This document shows positions 12,101 to 21,397 of a stretch of 64,000 bases of DNA, piece by piece. Source of the stretch: Giardia intestinalis (taxonomy: Eukaryota); assembly GCA_000002435.2 (NCBI GenBank), contig CM018792.1. One strand, given 5' to 3'. The notes under the pieces were generated by a model. The model was not told the DNA's origin. It did not search any database and was given only the letters and a program-made list of their open reading frames with translations. Numbering within the stretch: position 1 is the first letter of the stretch; each line of letters starts with the position of its first letter. Both the position numbers and the translations under genes were made by a program.

Positions 12101-13376
12101 TTATTGTCTGTGCCAGCGGAACTGGCCTATACTCTTGACCATAGTACAGAAGGCCTGCTGGGGGGACATGTAGAAACTCTGCCACATCCTTATAGTTAGG
12201 AATGGTCGCGGATATGCCGACAATACGCATGAATTTCTGAGTCGTTTCACTGTATTGAAGTGTGCGCATGATAATGGATTCAAGAACCGGTCCTCGCTCA
12301 GAAACGCCGAGCAAGTGAATCTCATCGATGATAAGTAGAGTTTGCCGTTGAATCAGGCTAACCTCTCCAACCGGTTTCCTGGTTAAGACGTCCCACTTTT
12401 CCGGCGTACAGATCAGCAAATTCGCCTCTAGTAACTTGGCTTGCGGCGGCGCCTCATCACCAGTACACTCTAGTACAGTCAATCCCAGCTTCTCCAGTTG
12501 CTCTGTAAATGTTGTAGTCATCTCAGACGCCAGGGCCTTCATGGGTGTTAGATAGACAACCAGTTGGGTACTCTTTGCAGAAGAGGGAGGGGTAGTGGTG
12601 GCCTGCTTTGGGATGACGGGTGCATTAGAAAACGTTATGATGTGCTGCGTAGGCTTGGGCTTATCGTCGCTCGGGAGGAGTAAGTCCGATGAGAAAGCAC
12701 GGAGCATGCAGAGCAAGGCACACACCGTTTTTCCTGCACCAGTAGGCGCACAAAGAAGGACATTGCAACTGTTATTGAAGAGAACCTCATAGCTTTCAGA
12801 CTGAATACGATTGAAGTGCGTTATTCGCTTGGGAAAAACCTTTTGATACTCTAGGGGCAGATCAGAGACAGGTCGCAGAGACGAAGTAGTGGAAGTAGAG
12901 AGCACGGGGACATGGGGTATATAAATGGTTTGTGTGATTGTAGACGGAATGGTTATAAGGGAGGAAAGGTGGGTAGCGTCCTCAAGATTCTCCTCGGAGA
13001 CATAAGGGTGAACATCTGATTGTTGAGAGGCTTGCTTTGACTTTATATTAATGGATATGCGATTGGGCAGAGTTTCTTGCTTGGCAGCCTGCGTCGAAAG
13101 AGCAGCTTGAGTGTCAGAACTAAGCTGTCCTAAGCTAGTACCTGGGCATAACAATGTAAACATCTCGACATAGTCCTCTCGGTTGCTAAGAATGTCATTG
13201 AATAAAGGGTCATCTAAGACACTGTATGACAATAATTCAAGCAGGCTGTTCTTGATCTCTTCATTGGAGCTGGGTGAGGCAAGGATCTGCATGACTGCTA
13301 GGAGCATCTCCTCGTCCGTGATTTGCATCCTTTGTGCATACGGGGAGAGAAGCTTCAGAAGAGTGTGAGACTCCAT
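6111..13376 (-). CDS. BRR2: Double-cassette Ski2-like DExH RNA helicase with Sec63 domains, Brr2 (U5 snRNP 200K) / ASCC3 family, 2421 aa
   Basis: Cassette 1 has LLCAPTGAGKT (Walker A), IIDEIHLLG (DEIH) and a Q-rich motif VI, FGRAGRPQYT. Cassette 2 has GCPTGSGKT, FDELHLVG and MAGRAGRPQYT. The N-terminal extension is about 470 aa. The ATG is at 13376 (minus strand). Confidence 0.85.
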   Translation of the reverse strand: MESHTLLKLLSPYAQRMQITDEEMLLAVMQILASPSSNEEIKNSLLELLSYSVLDDPLFNDILSNREDYVEMFTLLCPGTSLGQLSSDTQAALSTQAAKQETLPNRISINIKSKQASQQSDVHPYVSEENLEDATHLSSLITIPSTITQTIYIPHVPVLSTSTTSSLRPVSDLPLEYQKVFPKRITHFNRIQSESYEVLFNNSCNVLLCAPTGAGKTVCALLCMLRAFSSDLLLPSDDKPKPTQHIITFSNAPVIPKQATTTPPSSAKSTQLVVYLTPMKALASEMTTTFTEQLEKLGLTVLECTGDEAPPQAKLLEANLLICTPEKWDVLTRKPVGEVSLIQRQTLLIIDEIHLLGVSERGPVLESIIMRTLQYSETTQKFMRIVGISATIPNYKDVAEFLHVPPAGLLYYGQEYRPVPLAQTIIGIKPQLTVNQEKLNRLTTQSSSDPSDPLQLSDVYYYMQKYAPDELNNQPLSKQMRAFCSVSRPHCFPVVKGLVESEHEILEKFQSKMTHVLSKRTDSQASTSGSMSNMRGYSSHDVMDIVTVSLVKEQLLQRQNQVLVFVHSRMGTQILARLIGDMLRALIQQGAIPTPDISSNILRSISSGKQDDLSQLIGCGVAYHNAGMEKSQRQTVEQLFRDSKIRVVCCTATLAWGVNMPCSTVIIRGTDIFSAGVAGQITKATDIDVLDIQQIFGRAGRPQYTASGEVGHGIILTDIEKLDTFVRLLNNESPIESHMQQALPDILNAEVILGNVSSVTDCVSLLRRSFLATRVVNMPWLYGARITKSDSRGNGNLFTSVSLDHTLRECVMNAILNLASNKVVTLDTDNEHLFPTEIGRICSYYYVSFRNFCRFISLIKDSVVGRVTHDTLLGCLCECSDFSKFIMRKSELEELSLLSGDSFEYLGFYSNDTTSDRRSNKVSASEAFSQKDLRKFRDSLQSQSNSQAICRLNITNTADIDSAPYKVNVILQSFISQWRLRVQSLATDQRLCVTVAPRILRAFAEASLVLQRVSEALKLYDLASSIEYQRWFQTSLPFWPIVRSPVGSMEHIKNHYLVTLEVRKRQGVGEILTEKLIIDFEHHKNAEDFPSPNSFFSMTVDDISTYIYDRSQAKKLHESIAFVPRLITKASLYPVSNRILRLSLSCTAAFRWNRAIHGESMDFLVIVYSQTTNSAVHYERVTLTEQTYSRGYITTVILRVGSWRPRRPGTEVKSYSEYTRELEDNAELDIVPRATATQSTEAMVLEARLVVVTFPELWLGGHLIRQRTEVSLKPVLTATEESYQVFNDGSVVYPKLNDSKTVLYTDTNLSFTPIPLIPPLSIKALHWPEAESYFRRRFSYFNLLQSVMFHKLFYTSENVIIGCPTGSGKTTCSELAILQHIRDRYQAKSNEATMVYPKIVYIAPMKALIRERYNDWAESFSKDMNLSVMEITGESLPAASALYRADIILATPEKFDAISRQWQWKKYIQMIGLMIFDELHLVGTTRGYVLESIICRMRYLSELLALDRGVSDQPSQLRIIALSTVSANTGDLARWLNVKDISGIFNFNSAARPVKLETHIQGFPGWHYSPRMTTMNRPIYTAIKKYSPRLPVLIFVASRRQTRRTAMALISFAEMDSSAPPCLRSDGSNCEYLQSFVQDPDCKLTIGHGVGLHHAGMTHADRTAVEKLYLNRKISILVATSTLAWGLNLPAFMTIIKGCEYFDGTVSRYVDYDTTDIIQMAGRAGRPQYTLDRLRDKFATGIFGEDAFDYLVSNKIIDQAYIMSSGGRFPNKEAVVDGLTRFTEQAPSIQNMGKDIVRDVINGIELQLQSEPQSVCFIFCKTCMKEFYKQFFSEPFPFESSMISCTNTSPIVAAMMKKKATNIKHQTTHFPDIINAEVASFGSRTMFELRNWLQNSFLYIRARRNPLFYNIFPDPLVENLQEMLEKADFEDTSYTPTRELQEMEAAFRLYLGISSVDDHRLVSRRDSKLFCRTGVYLIKLANRKTLRDFIITQEIYAWIETALLELSDNKFISLHKKPPKAQDTPTRLYFQDIDVKVKNILAVPTPLGEIVSRYYIRTRSGALINTWLTGETHTLQSYLDMLVRCEEFQEIPIRHNEDRDSALLLQKYLWDGKREFSGALIRYNMPDDITCTEPSFKAHILLQAQLVRSSLQGAFELPVVDYWLDLVTIIDAAIRITVATVEIALAKRLSRSIVQTVVQLSQGLVQGLWPNMEPMLSISSLRNALQSNKKTFQKLSANGISTLQQLVDEFHKLGRKQLTEFLGKHQLLSGIQRKELCEELMKYPNLIIRATITRINRPANIPDKSKHTGKFVCVIISLKHVSSIQASPFPQQFSSEVYKKSKPHTWFLVLSESETDTVIDYKRLSGFARERSQEFIIPFVSSLCISALSDCFLGMDKEITIDLSELSLNEPMVFELRSTQV

Positions 13377-13415
13377 TAAGTATTCAAAAAATGAAGCCTC
13401 AATCTTTAATCATTA
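13377..13415. promoter_or_regulatory. 39-bp AT-rich bidirectional initiator region between the divergent helicase (-) and the 894-aa gene (+)
   Basis: gtattcaaaaaatgaagcctcaatctttaatcatta lies between two ATGs. Giardia promoters are short AT-rich elements next to the start codon. Confidence 0.5.
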
Positions 13416-16100
13416 ATGCCGATACTTTCTATCGTTGATGCACATATTGACCCAACAGGCTCTGTCCAGGCTGTGATGGAAAAGGTGAGTGATATACCTG
13501 ATGATTCCTTGGAATTAGAGGCAGAGGCACTAAGCACATACTTGCAGGTCATCTTTAGTGCGGAAAGTGTGCCAAAGGACAGCATACAAAATCTCCTTGT
13601 TGCTCTTGATAAGAGGTGCATTGACCTACTGTCCTGTCACATCCGGCTTCCTCTCTGCGTCCAGGCTCTTGGGGAGACGCTACGGGGCGCCTTATCAGAA
13701 TTGAGCATAGAGCACGGGAGGCCCCGTGATCGTGACATTGACAGCTCAGGACATGCAAGCGAAATCGTTTGCTCTATGCTTTGCTACTCTGTAAGCGCAT
13801 GTATCTCGCTTTCACAATCTATAGGGCTCAGGGGGCTCATTAGAACCTTAGACAGTTATCTCCCCAAAGGCCCCATTTTTGACTTTATTATTCAGCGCTG
13901 CCTTTCTTCCAAGTTCTTCACACCAAATACAGAAACATTGTTAAGCGGCGTGGATACTCTCTGTAGTAGGGGAAAATATGCCACCCTTTCAGCGTCTATC
14001 TCCATTAGCAACACTTCTGTAGCCACAGATATTATAGCGCACTTGTTAGCATGCCATTCGCGGGACTTTTTTCGTGTGTTTGCAACCAGCTTAGAAAGTG
14101 AGGGCCATCGGGCATCTACACTGCTAGAATCATTTACACTAGAAGTACTTACTCAACGGCTGACAAAAGTTTTTCCCTATGATGCATCCTCTATGCCTAC
14201 TTCGTGGATAGGTGCCTTTGTCACCTATGTGGTGGAGTCTACTAGTGACCTCACATTCATGGCTGCTTTCTCCAGTTGCTTCTTCACCTGGATCTTCCAG
14301 TTTCATTCGATTTCTTCGAGTGACGCAACTGCGCAAGACGTCTGGGCTTTTACACTTTTAGACAGATTGGCTACTGTGATGACAATGTGCACGCGGGCCG
14401 CAGAACGATTTCTGCGTGGAATGTGCACGTGCTTAGCTATGCTCACACATGCTGAAGTGCACACTTTCATTTTTAGACAAACCAGCAGGCCACAGTCAGC
14501 ATCTCTAGGGGCTGAGCTCAACTTGATTATCGCAATACTAACGAAATTAGTTAAGGCAACACGCATGTTCATGCAGGTCTCGCCCGCCTTAGAGTCGAAC
14601 CAGCTTCTTCTCATTGATACTGCCGTGCCATATCTTCAAGCACTCATTCTCTCGGATAGAGATGCAGCCACCAAGCAGCTGAACACTTTCGCAGATGCAC
14701 ATGCAATTATTAACATAAGTAAAGGCTTTGCCGATTCTCTTGCATCAAGGAGTGATCTTCTGTTGTATATTGTCACCAACAACATCACATTACAAGGAGT
14801 TACTGACCAGAGTCAGGAACAAAGCTCTACCCTGGCTTTAACCACGCACACCACCATAACAGAAGACCCGGATAACACAGGTCTTGTTTCAATTGCCAGC
14901 ACAAGCCGTATCGCCAGTACATCGTTGTCCGGGCTTCTTGCAGATGTTCTCGGCCAAGAACCTATTCCAGGAGATCTGCTATCAAACCTCCACAAATCAA
15001 TACCAAAGTCTTTGGAGGAGGCCATCTCTCTCTTGCAGTATCCATCTGGGCAGCCGCAGTCTCGCTACTATCACATACTATCCCTTGCATCTCTGCCTCC
15101 ACTGATTAAAAATACATCTCAGATTATCATCATCAGTAAGGCCCAAGAGCTACTGGACTCCGTTCTTTGGTTAGACGACATAGCCACCTTGCAAACAATC
15201 AAGGGTAAGAGTGCGTGGCATGTACTGAAGGCCCGGTCCATCTCTAGCGCAATAGAAAAGGCACCTTATGTGGTGGGTACCACGCTTATCGAGCGCTCTC
15301 TTCAGAAGCACAAGGCCACAGTGGGGGGCTTTATAATTGGACTCCGTGCTGTGACTGAAATCTCCCACCGACTCACAGCCAGGCAAGCACTCTGCCTGAT
15401 AAGTACACTTAACAATCGCAGTCAGATTTTTTTCCATAAGATAGAGCTCACAGAGCCAGTCTTCTTCACCCTCACTAGCCTAGTGGATACCATTTCTAAA
15501 TCCGCAGACAGGCAGGTTCTGTGTTGTGTTCCTCTATGCTGCGATAGCTATGCTGACCACGTAGTAAGGAAGTGTCTACTTTCTGCAAATGGGTCAGTTA
15601 GCGAGTCTGTTACAAAGGGAGAGAAGCTGTTTATAGCCACAGTAATACACGCTTGTGCTCAAACAACAGGTGCTCTGAGGCTCTTGCTCTTTGAATTCTC
15701 TAAGCGAAATAATGCACTGAAACAGCCAAATGAGATAGAGGAAAGCTCTTTGCCAGCTTCGCTCCTACTAACAAGCACAGACTCTCTGGGACGAGCTCTT
15801 AAGTCATTTTCTGCAGTAACTAAACTTTCGCAGTTGTCAGAAGAAGGATGCGACATATCCATCGGGAATATAATTCATGGTACAAGCGCAGAGCTGGTGG
15901 GAAGCCAGATGGACTACTGCCAGTCTCTACAGGGCTTTGATGTGATAGATAAGATAACACAGATGTTCTCGAGTAAGTCATCGATAGATGCCGAATGTAG
16001 AACCCTATTGCAGGGAGCTGCAGAGAATATTCTGGGCTTCTTTGGCCTTAAAGAATACGGTGAGCTACTTCTTGAGAAGACTAGCTATCATCAAAGTTAA
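13416..16100 (+). CDS. Hypothetical protein, 894 aa
   Basis: Long uninterrupted ORF with an ATG at 13416. It is transcribed divergently from the helicase across a 39-bp AT-rich region. I recognise no domain. Confidence 0.6.
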   Translation: MPILSIVDAHIDPTGSVQAVMEKVSDIPDDSLELEAEALSTYLQVIFSAESVPKDSIQNLLVALDKRCIDLLSCHIRLPLCVQALGETLRGALSELSIEHGRPRDRDIDSSGHASEIVCSMLCYSVSACISLSQSIGLRGLIRTLDSYLPKGPIFDFIIQRCLSSKFFTPNTETLLSGVDTLCSRGKYATLSASISISNTSVATDIIAHLLACHSRDFFRVFATSLESEGHRASTLLESFTLEVLTQRLTKVFPYDASSMPTSWIGAFVTYVVESTSDLTFMAAFSSCFFTWIFQFHSISSSDATAQDVWAFTLLDRLATVMTMCTRAAERFLRGMCTCLAMLTHAEVHTFIFRQTSRPQSASLGAELNLIIAILTKLVKATRMFMQVSPALESNQLLLIDTAVPYLQALILSDRDAATKQLNTFADAHAIINISKGFADSLASRSDLLLYIVTNNITLQGVTDQSQEQSSTLALTTHTTITEDPDNTGLVSIASTSRIASTSLSGLLADVLGQEPIPGDLLSNLHKSIPKSLEEAISLLQYPSGQPQSRYYHILSLASLPPLIKNTSQIIIISKAQELLDSVLWLDDIATLQTIKGKSAWHVLKARSISSAIEKAPYVVGTTLIERSLQKHKATVGGFIIGLRAVTEISHRLTARQALCLISTLNNRSQIFFHKIELTEPVFFTLTSLVDTISKSADRQVLCCVPLCCDSYADHVVRKCLLSANGSVSESVTKGEKLFIATVIHACAQTTGALRLLLFEFSKRNNALKQPNEIEESSLPASLLLTSTDSLGRALKSFSAVTKLSQLSEEGCDISIGNIIHGTSAELVGSQMDYCQSLQGFDVIDKITQMFSSKSSIDAECRTLLQGAAENILGFFGLKEYGELLLEKTSYHQS

Positions 16101-17826
16101 TTTCGCAAACACTCTGCTGAGCGCAATCCGGATCCTCTTTCTCGAAGAAGCTGTCCACCTCCAGACACTCCTTTTGGGGGCACTCCCCATCCTGCACTTG
16201 CCAAGGAATAAACTGTCTGGGTCCAGATTGATCCAGCTTCAGAGGAGGACTTGTTGACATTGGTTCTTTCTCCTGTGTGAGCTGGCTGATACAGCATGTG
16301 CTTGAATAGCTGTAACAAGTATATTCATTCCGTCTGTGTCTCCTGTGTATATCTTGAGATGCACCTAACCTGTCGCTTTGAGAAAGAGACGATGATAGTG
16401 TTGGCGTACTGAAGGTCATATTGGTGCGTGATAACAAACTGTCAAGTATGCTGGCAGAGAAGGGTTTGGAACTTGATGATTGCATGCTCATGGGAACTCC
16501 CCAGCGTTTCAGAGTCCAGTCCACGGTGTTAGAGATGTTAACAGAGTAGCTATCTAGCTTGTTGATGGAGGAAACGCCCTGTTCTTGATTAGAGGGGTCT
16601 TTGAGCAAACCCAGAGGTCTATCAGAACAATATTTAAATCCAGAGTTATAATAGTTCTCCTCTGACCCTTGAGCTCGCGCTACAGGGCTCTCTGGCCGCT
16701 CATCCAACACACATATACTGTCATCCATTGCTACACCATAGAAGGTATTTAGTGTGGGGAGAGATCTGGAAGAGAAAGGGTAGAGAGCCGACATCCCGTG
16801 CTGGAATGGACAATTAATCCACTCATAAGCTAATTCAACCGGCGTTTCCCCTAAAGGCTCCATATCATCTTTTGGCCGTTCTGGGACAACAATAATCGGG
16901 AACCCACGCTGATCTGTCTCCCGCATACGTGAGTAAGACCCAGCAATCAAGCGGCAATCGTCTATCCAAACAGATCGGGCGCTGTGTCGCGTTGTTATGC
17001 GTGAGTAATACTCAAGCACGTAATTATTCCTGCGATTGTAAAAGAAGACAGCATCATTGGATGAAAGTACAGCAAGGTGCGTCTTATTGAACTCTCCCCA
17101 CAGGACACTGCCGCTTTCCACAGACGGCTCGACTAGGTTACAAAGCAACGAAGTTGATCGAGTATCCCATATCCTAGCCGGGGTGCCTGGCCTTTCTACC
17201 GATATAAAGACCTGCTTTGATGTCTCCATGTGTTGCTTTATACACACTTTTGCATTATTGGGGCATTGCTCTATTTTCGGTACACTGTCAAGAGAGTAAG
17301 TGCGAGTAGACAGAGAGCCAAATCTATTTATCTCGTGCAACTGAAGCTTGTTAGAGCGGAGGTCTACCCAGCCAAATGTGCCATTTGTGAAGCCTAAAAG
17401 AACTGTATTCTGATCGCCCGGAGCAGTAGACAGAGATGAAATAGGAGCGTGAAGTGGAATGTCTTGTGCATGGAGATTGTCCATGCAACACGTCGTAAGC
17501 GTGTATCCCCGTGCTGCCAGTATATATCTCCCTAGAGATGCCAGATCAGAAACGGAGGCGGGAGCCAGCGTTCCCGGCTCTGTGAAAGAGGGAAGGGTTA
17601 ACGCAGGCGTGGGGCTGTTCAAGGAAAGTGCATGGACCGTCCCCTTGCGGGTACCGGCAATAACCAAAGAGTGGCCGGGGTGGGCACTGGTTATAGCTGT
17701 GATTGCAAAAGGTGTAGCGGCCGCATAATGAGCAACGTAGCTAGCATGGAGGTGTCTGCAGGCACGCTGGCACTCAGTGAACGCGTCCGCATGAGTCCCG
17801 AGAATGTGCTCGATTTGCTGAAGCAT
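16081..17826 (-). CDS. Hypothetical WD-repeat-like protein. The track start at 17895 is TTG; the first ATG is at 17826 (MLQQIEHILG...).
   Basis: WD-like segments (GTRKGTVHALSLN, ARIWDTRS, GSVLWGEF, NDAVFFYNRRN). Its 3' end overlaps the convergent upstream gene by 20 nt. Confidence 0.55.
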   Translation of the reverse strand: MLQQIEHILGTHADAFTECQRACRHLHASYVAHYAAATPFAITAITSAHPGHSLVIAGTRKGTVHALSLNSPTPALTLPSFTEPGTLAPASVSDLASLGRYILAARGYTLTTCCMDNLHAQDIPLHAPISSLSTAPGDQNTVLLGFTNGTFGWVDLRSNKLQLHEINRFGSLSTRTYSLDSVPKIEQCPNNAKVCIKQHMETSKQVFISVERPGTPARIWDTRSTSLLCNLVEPSVESGSVLWGEFNKTHLAVLSSNDAVFFYNRRNNYVLEYYSRITTRHSARSVWIDDCRLIAGSYSRMRETDQRGFPIIVVPERPKDDMEPLGETPVELAYEWINCPFQHGMSALYPFSSRSLPTLNTFYGVAMDDSICVLDERPESPVARAQGSEENYYNSGFKYCSDRPLGLLKDPSNQEQGVSSINKLDSYSVNISNTVDWTLKRWGVPMSMQSSSSKPFSASILDSLLSRTNMTFSTPTLSSSLSQSDRLGASQDIHRRHRRNEYTCYSYSSTCCISQLTQEKEPMSTSPPLKLDQSGPRQFIPWQVQDGECPQKECLEVDSFFEKEDPDCAQQSVCEINFDDS

Positions 17827-17888
17827 CCATTCAAATAAATTATATTTATTAAAATAAGAGGATTGGAGGTTCGTAAGACTAACCAATG

Positions 17889-20810
17889 CTAGCAAACATC
17901 AAAAATCACTCGCTTGCTGATTGCTCCGTCAGGGGCCGTTTGTGTTTGCACCTTGGCCACAATGCAAATAACTTCAAACCGAAAGCGCGCCCTTCGACGA
18001 GTCATAATGCGCTTTTCTTCAAGAAACTTTTTGAGCATATTGTTTGGCCGCTTAGATGCAAGTCTATAAATCTCTTCAACCGTCTTGTTGTGTGAAGAAG
18101 GGTTCATCAGATAGTACTGGGTATTCCACGACAGATCTGCAATAGATGAGTGCTCATCGCTTTCACTTCCTGACCTCTGCTGATGACTGGAGCCCGGGTA
18201 GTCCAAATCTGATGTATCTACCGGTGCGTGGCCATATTCGGCCATGCGCTCCAGATAAAACTCATTGTAACGAAGATATCTGGGAAGGCGAGGTACCGCA
18301 AGCGTGCCTCTAGCAGAAGACTTGTAATCTGCATAAGACATGCTTGTGTCAGAGGCTCGGGAGCTCCATGTACTGGTACGGTCGGGATCACTGGCCCCCT
18401 TGTTGGAGGCAAGCGTTGACCTCATTCTGTGTCTCTCTGGGTGCATGAGATATTGAGTAAACGAAGCCTTGTCCTGTTCTGTTGGGGTAGATGATCGAAA
18501 ATAGATGTGACCAGTGGTGCTGGCGCGCATAAGGTGTGCAGCTGCATCTGTAGCTGCATAGGGAGCGTAGTTAGAATTCCTGATGCTCTCCAGGGCTGCC
18601 ACCGGAGGAAGAATACTCGGAGTGGAATGCTTGGAAGAGCGAACACAACTGGGGCCAGCAGATCTACTTGGAGTGGAGATTGTGGAGGCGTTTGGCAAAG
18701 CAAGTGAGCCAATGCGAGAATCAACTATCTTGTTATTTGTCGTCTGATTGAATCTATCAGTGGGCTCCTGTTCAACCTCGAGTAAAGTAAGCTTCACTGT
18801 CTCATTGCGCGGTGTTTGTGGTAGCAAGCGATCTTTGTCAGGACTGTGAAACTCAGCAGACACTCCATAGCCTACTTGAGCATCAGATAGACAGTCTGAC
18901 GAAGGGAGCACTTGAGTTGTATCGGACGTGTCGGTAAGCATGATTGCGTTATCTCCTGCTAACAAATCAAAGCTAGATTCATCACTATTTGTTTCAGATG
19001 GCAGCAGAAGAGTGCGTCGCTTATGGTAAGCTCGAGGTGGCTGCTTGACAGAGCTTCTTGCGGTGACCAGGCTTCTAAGCTGACTGTCCTCCCGACCCGC
19101 CTTATTTGTTGCTTCTTGTATAAAGGGTATTGCATCCTTACTGTGTGTACATGTACATGAGGAAGACTTTAGACTAGGGTCCTCTGCCAGAGAGGTGGTC
19201 CCTTCAGAGAGAAGATCAAGGCACTGTAAAAGCCGTCCAGGGCAGTCGATAGATATGTCTATATGTGAGAGGGGGGAAGAAGATAGATTGACTTCGTGAC
19301 TCCGCATAGTCTGCTCCAGGGGAGCACTGATAGCTAGAGTAGCCTGCTTAGATAATGCAAAGGGACTAACCACCTTATCGAGTGACTTGCTGGACGTGTG
19401 TAGATCATGAAACGGTGATTCTAAGTTCTGGTTATGCTGAGACTTATATTGCTGAAGAATTTTGTATACACTTTCCACAGAAAAGTCCTTATCTTGCAAA
19501 GGAGATGATCTACTTCTGCTCTCAAAATGCGTGTAGTTTAATACTTGGCTTCGCTGTTGTGCAGTATTCGATAGTGAGTAAGTAAGTCTTTTTCGGTGAG
19601 AAGAGCTCAAAGAAGGGGGGCCATCTGGAGGTGCAGGCGGTCCTACCTCAGTAGCCAGTGAAAAATCACTAGGGTGAGTAGGAGATGAGGAGTAGGGTAG
19701 AGCAGGCTGCGAGCCAGACATTATGATATCCCTTATGGCGCGAGTTCGACCCTTACTGATTGTCTGCGGGCCAAATATCCGCGTGACTCTCTCCTGTTGT
19801 GTAAGGTTGCTGAGTGAATAACTCATATCCGGTAAAGAAGTGAATAGAGTGGCCATACTCATAGACTTATCTAAAGAAGATTTGACCGATTGATGATGCG
19901 ACGGAGACAGCTTTGGGTCGGTGCTCTTCCTGTATTCAGTAGACGTTTGCTTTGGGTCAATAGGTGGTATGTCTGTGACAAGAGTGAGAGGAATGCGACC
20001 ATTGGAATCAGGTTGGCTTACAAGAAGACGTTGCTGTGAAAATTCCGATGATGGTGTATTATTTATCTGTACTGCCGATACGCTGCGAGGTATGTGTTCG
20101 TAAATTATACCAGGCATCGCAGTAGCTTTGGAACGCTTTAATAAAATAGTTCTCAGTGGACTCAGAAGCTGGCCCTTACATGCATTGGTTGGGTCAGCAG
20201 TTGTATTAGATGGATTGTCGACAAACTGGTTGATACCGTCGTTTACGACTCTCCTTCTAGAGTACTCCCGAATACCAAAGTCACGAACTGTGCAGGAGGT
20301 AGTCCACGGGGTCCGGCTCGAGACATCTATCTGAGAGCATCTACAACTTTGTGCATCTTCCTGCTTCTCGCTTAAGTCCCTGGCGGTCTCTCTAATGGGG
20401 ATATCTAGAGAATCATCACTGTGTGTGCACAAATTGTCCCTCGAACTACTAACAGATTGATCATCTAAAAGGAGAGATACCTCATCAAAAGACTCCTGCT
20501 CAGGCCGCTTCTGCTGGTGAACAGGGGGGTAAAAGGTGCCGGGTGAACACTGTCTTTGTACAGAGCAAGCAGCGCTTTTAGCACGATGAGGTACTACCCT
20601 ACAATGGGTTCGTGAAGGAGGAGGGATACAGTACACACGGAGGGGCGAGCCAACAACTCCTGTGCTCTTCCCTCGAATCAAGGAGGTCATGGTTCTCGCA
20701 ATTGGTTTCGTTGCCGGAGCCAGGGACATATGGCAAGAAGGCGCTCCACCGTGGGCTCCTTGACTACGGTCAGACAATATCGTTGAGACCACATCCTCAA
20801 CCGTAGACAT
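17889..20810 (-). CDS. Hypothetical Ser-rich protein. The ORF is stop-free up to 21296 but has no ATG upstream of 20810; I annotate from the first ATG, and the 486-nt extension is unresolved.
   Basis: Frame of 1135 codons. The first in-frame ATG gives MSTVEDVVSTILSD.... The upstream extension reads like protein (DGHLFIKREPFSRSFHFDDTVYTLGHK), and an in-frame stop lies at 21315-21317. Confidence 0.55.
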   Translation of the reverse strand: MSTVEDVVSTILSDRSQGAHGGAPSCHMSLAPATKPIARTMTSLIRGKSTGVVGSPLRVYCIPPPSRTHCRVVPHRAKSAACSVQRQCSPGTFYPPVHQQKRPEQESFDEVSLLLDDQSVSSSRDNLCTHSDDSLDIPIRETARDLSEKQEDAQSCRCSQIDVSSRTPWTTSCTVRDFGIREYSRRRVVNDGINQFVDNPSNTTADPTNACKGQLLSPLRTILLKRSKATAMPGIIYEHIPRSVSAVQINNTPSSEFSQQRLLVSQPDSNGRIPLTLVTDIPPIDPKQTSTEYRKSTDPKLSPSHHQSVKSSLDKSMSMATLFTSLPDMSYSLSNLTQQERVTRIFGPQTISKGRTRAIRDIIMSGSQPALPYSSSPTHPSDFSLATEVGPPAPPDGPPSLSSSHRKRLTYSLSNTAQQRSQVLNYTHFESRSRSSPLQDKDFSVESVYKILQQYKSQHNQNLESPFHDLHTSSKSLDKVVSPFALSKQATLAISAPLEQTMRSHEVNLSSSPLSHIDISIDCPGRLLQCLDLLSEGTTSLAEDPSLKSSSCTCTHSKDAIPFIQEATNKAGREDSQLRSLVTARSSVKQPPRAYHKRRTLLLPSETNSDESSFDLLAGDNAIMLTDTSDTTQVLPSSDCLSDAQVGYGVSAEFHSPDKDRLLPQTPRNETVKLTLLEVEQEPTDRFNQTTNNKIVDSRIGSLALPNASTISTPSRSAGPSCVRSSKHSTPSILPPVAALESIRNSNYAPYAATDAAAHLMRASTTGHIYFRSSTPTEQDKASFTQYLMHPERHRMRSTLASNKGASDPDRTSTWSSRASDTSMSYADYKSSARGTLAVPRLPRYLRYNEFYLERMAEYGHAPVDTSDLDYPGSSHQQRSGSESDEHSSIADLSWNTQYYLMNPSSHNKTVEEIYRLASKRPNNMLKKFLEEKRIMTRRRARFRFEVICIVAKVQTQTAPDGAISKRVIFDVC

Positions 20811-21397
20811 CTTCCCCGCAGATCCCGAGGTATCTGACTGGGATAGTGACAGCTTGAAAGAAGGGTCAGTGTGTTGCAAAGTACTGGGAAGGCTAAAGTT
20901 CAGCTCCGTGGTGTCCTGCTCAACGCAGAAACGAGGAGGGTTCAAGTATGCAGTGAGTTGTGACGGTTTGTGGCCTAATGTGTACACTGTGTCATCAAAG
21001 TGGAATGAGCGAGAAAATGGCTCCCGTTTGATAAACAGGTGCCCATCAGACGTGGTGGTCACCACGGCTAGAGAATGCGGATGGGGGCGAATCTTATCCA
21101 AGCCGCTATGGACGGAAATAGATAAGTTCTTATGGATCAGTTGCTCATATATCTTGTGAAAAGGCTTTGTATTGCATCTTCGAGCCGTAGCATGCTTTGC
21201 CACATATCCCTTGCGAAGCAGCAATCTATACGCAGCATTTTCTGGCCGCCTTCCAGAAGCTTTGGCCTGCCTGAGCAAGAGAAACAGTCGATGCAATTCA
21301 GTTTTTAAAGAACTTTAGAGGAGAAAATTATATTCAGTGGCTGTACTTGCGTGACTACCAGTAACGGAGGAGTACTTGAGCTACTTAGAGGACCGGC

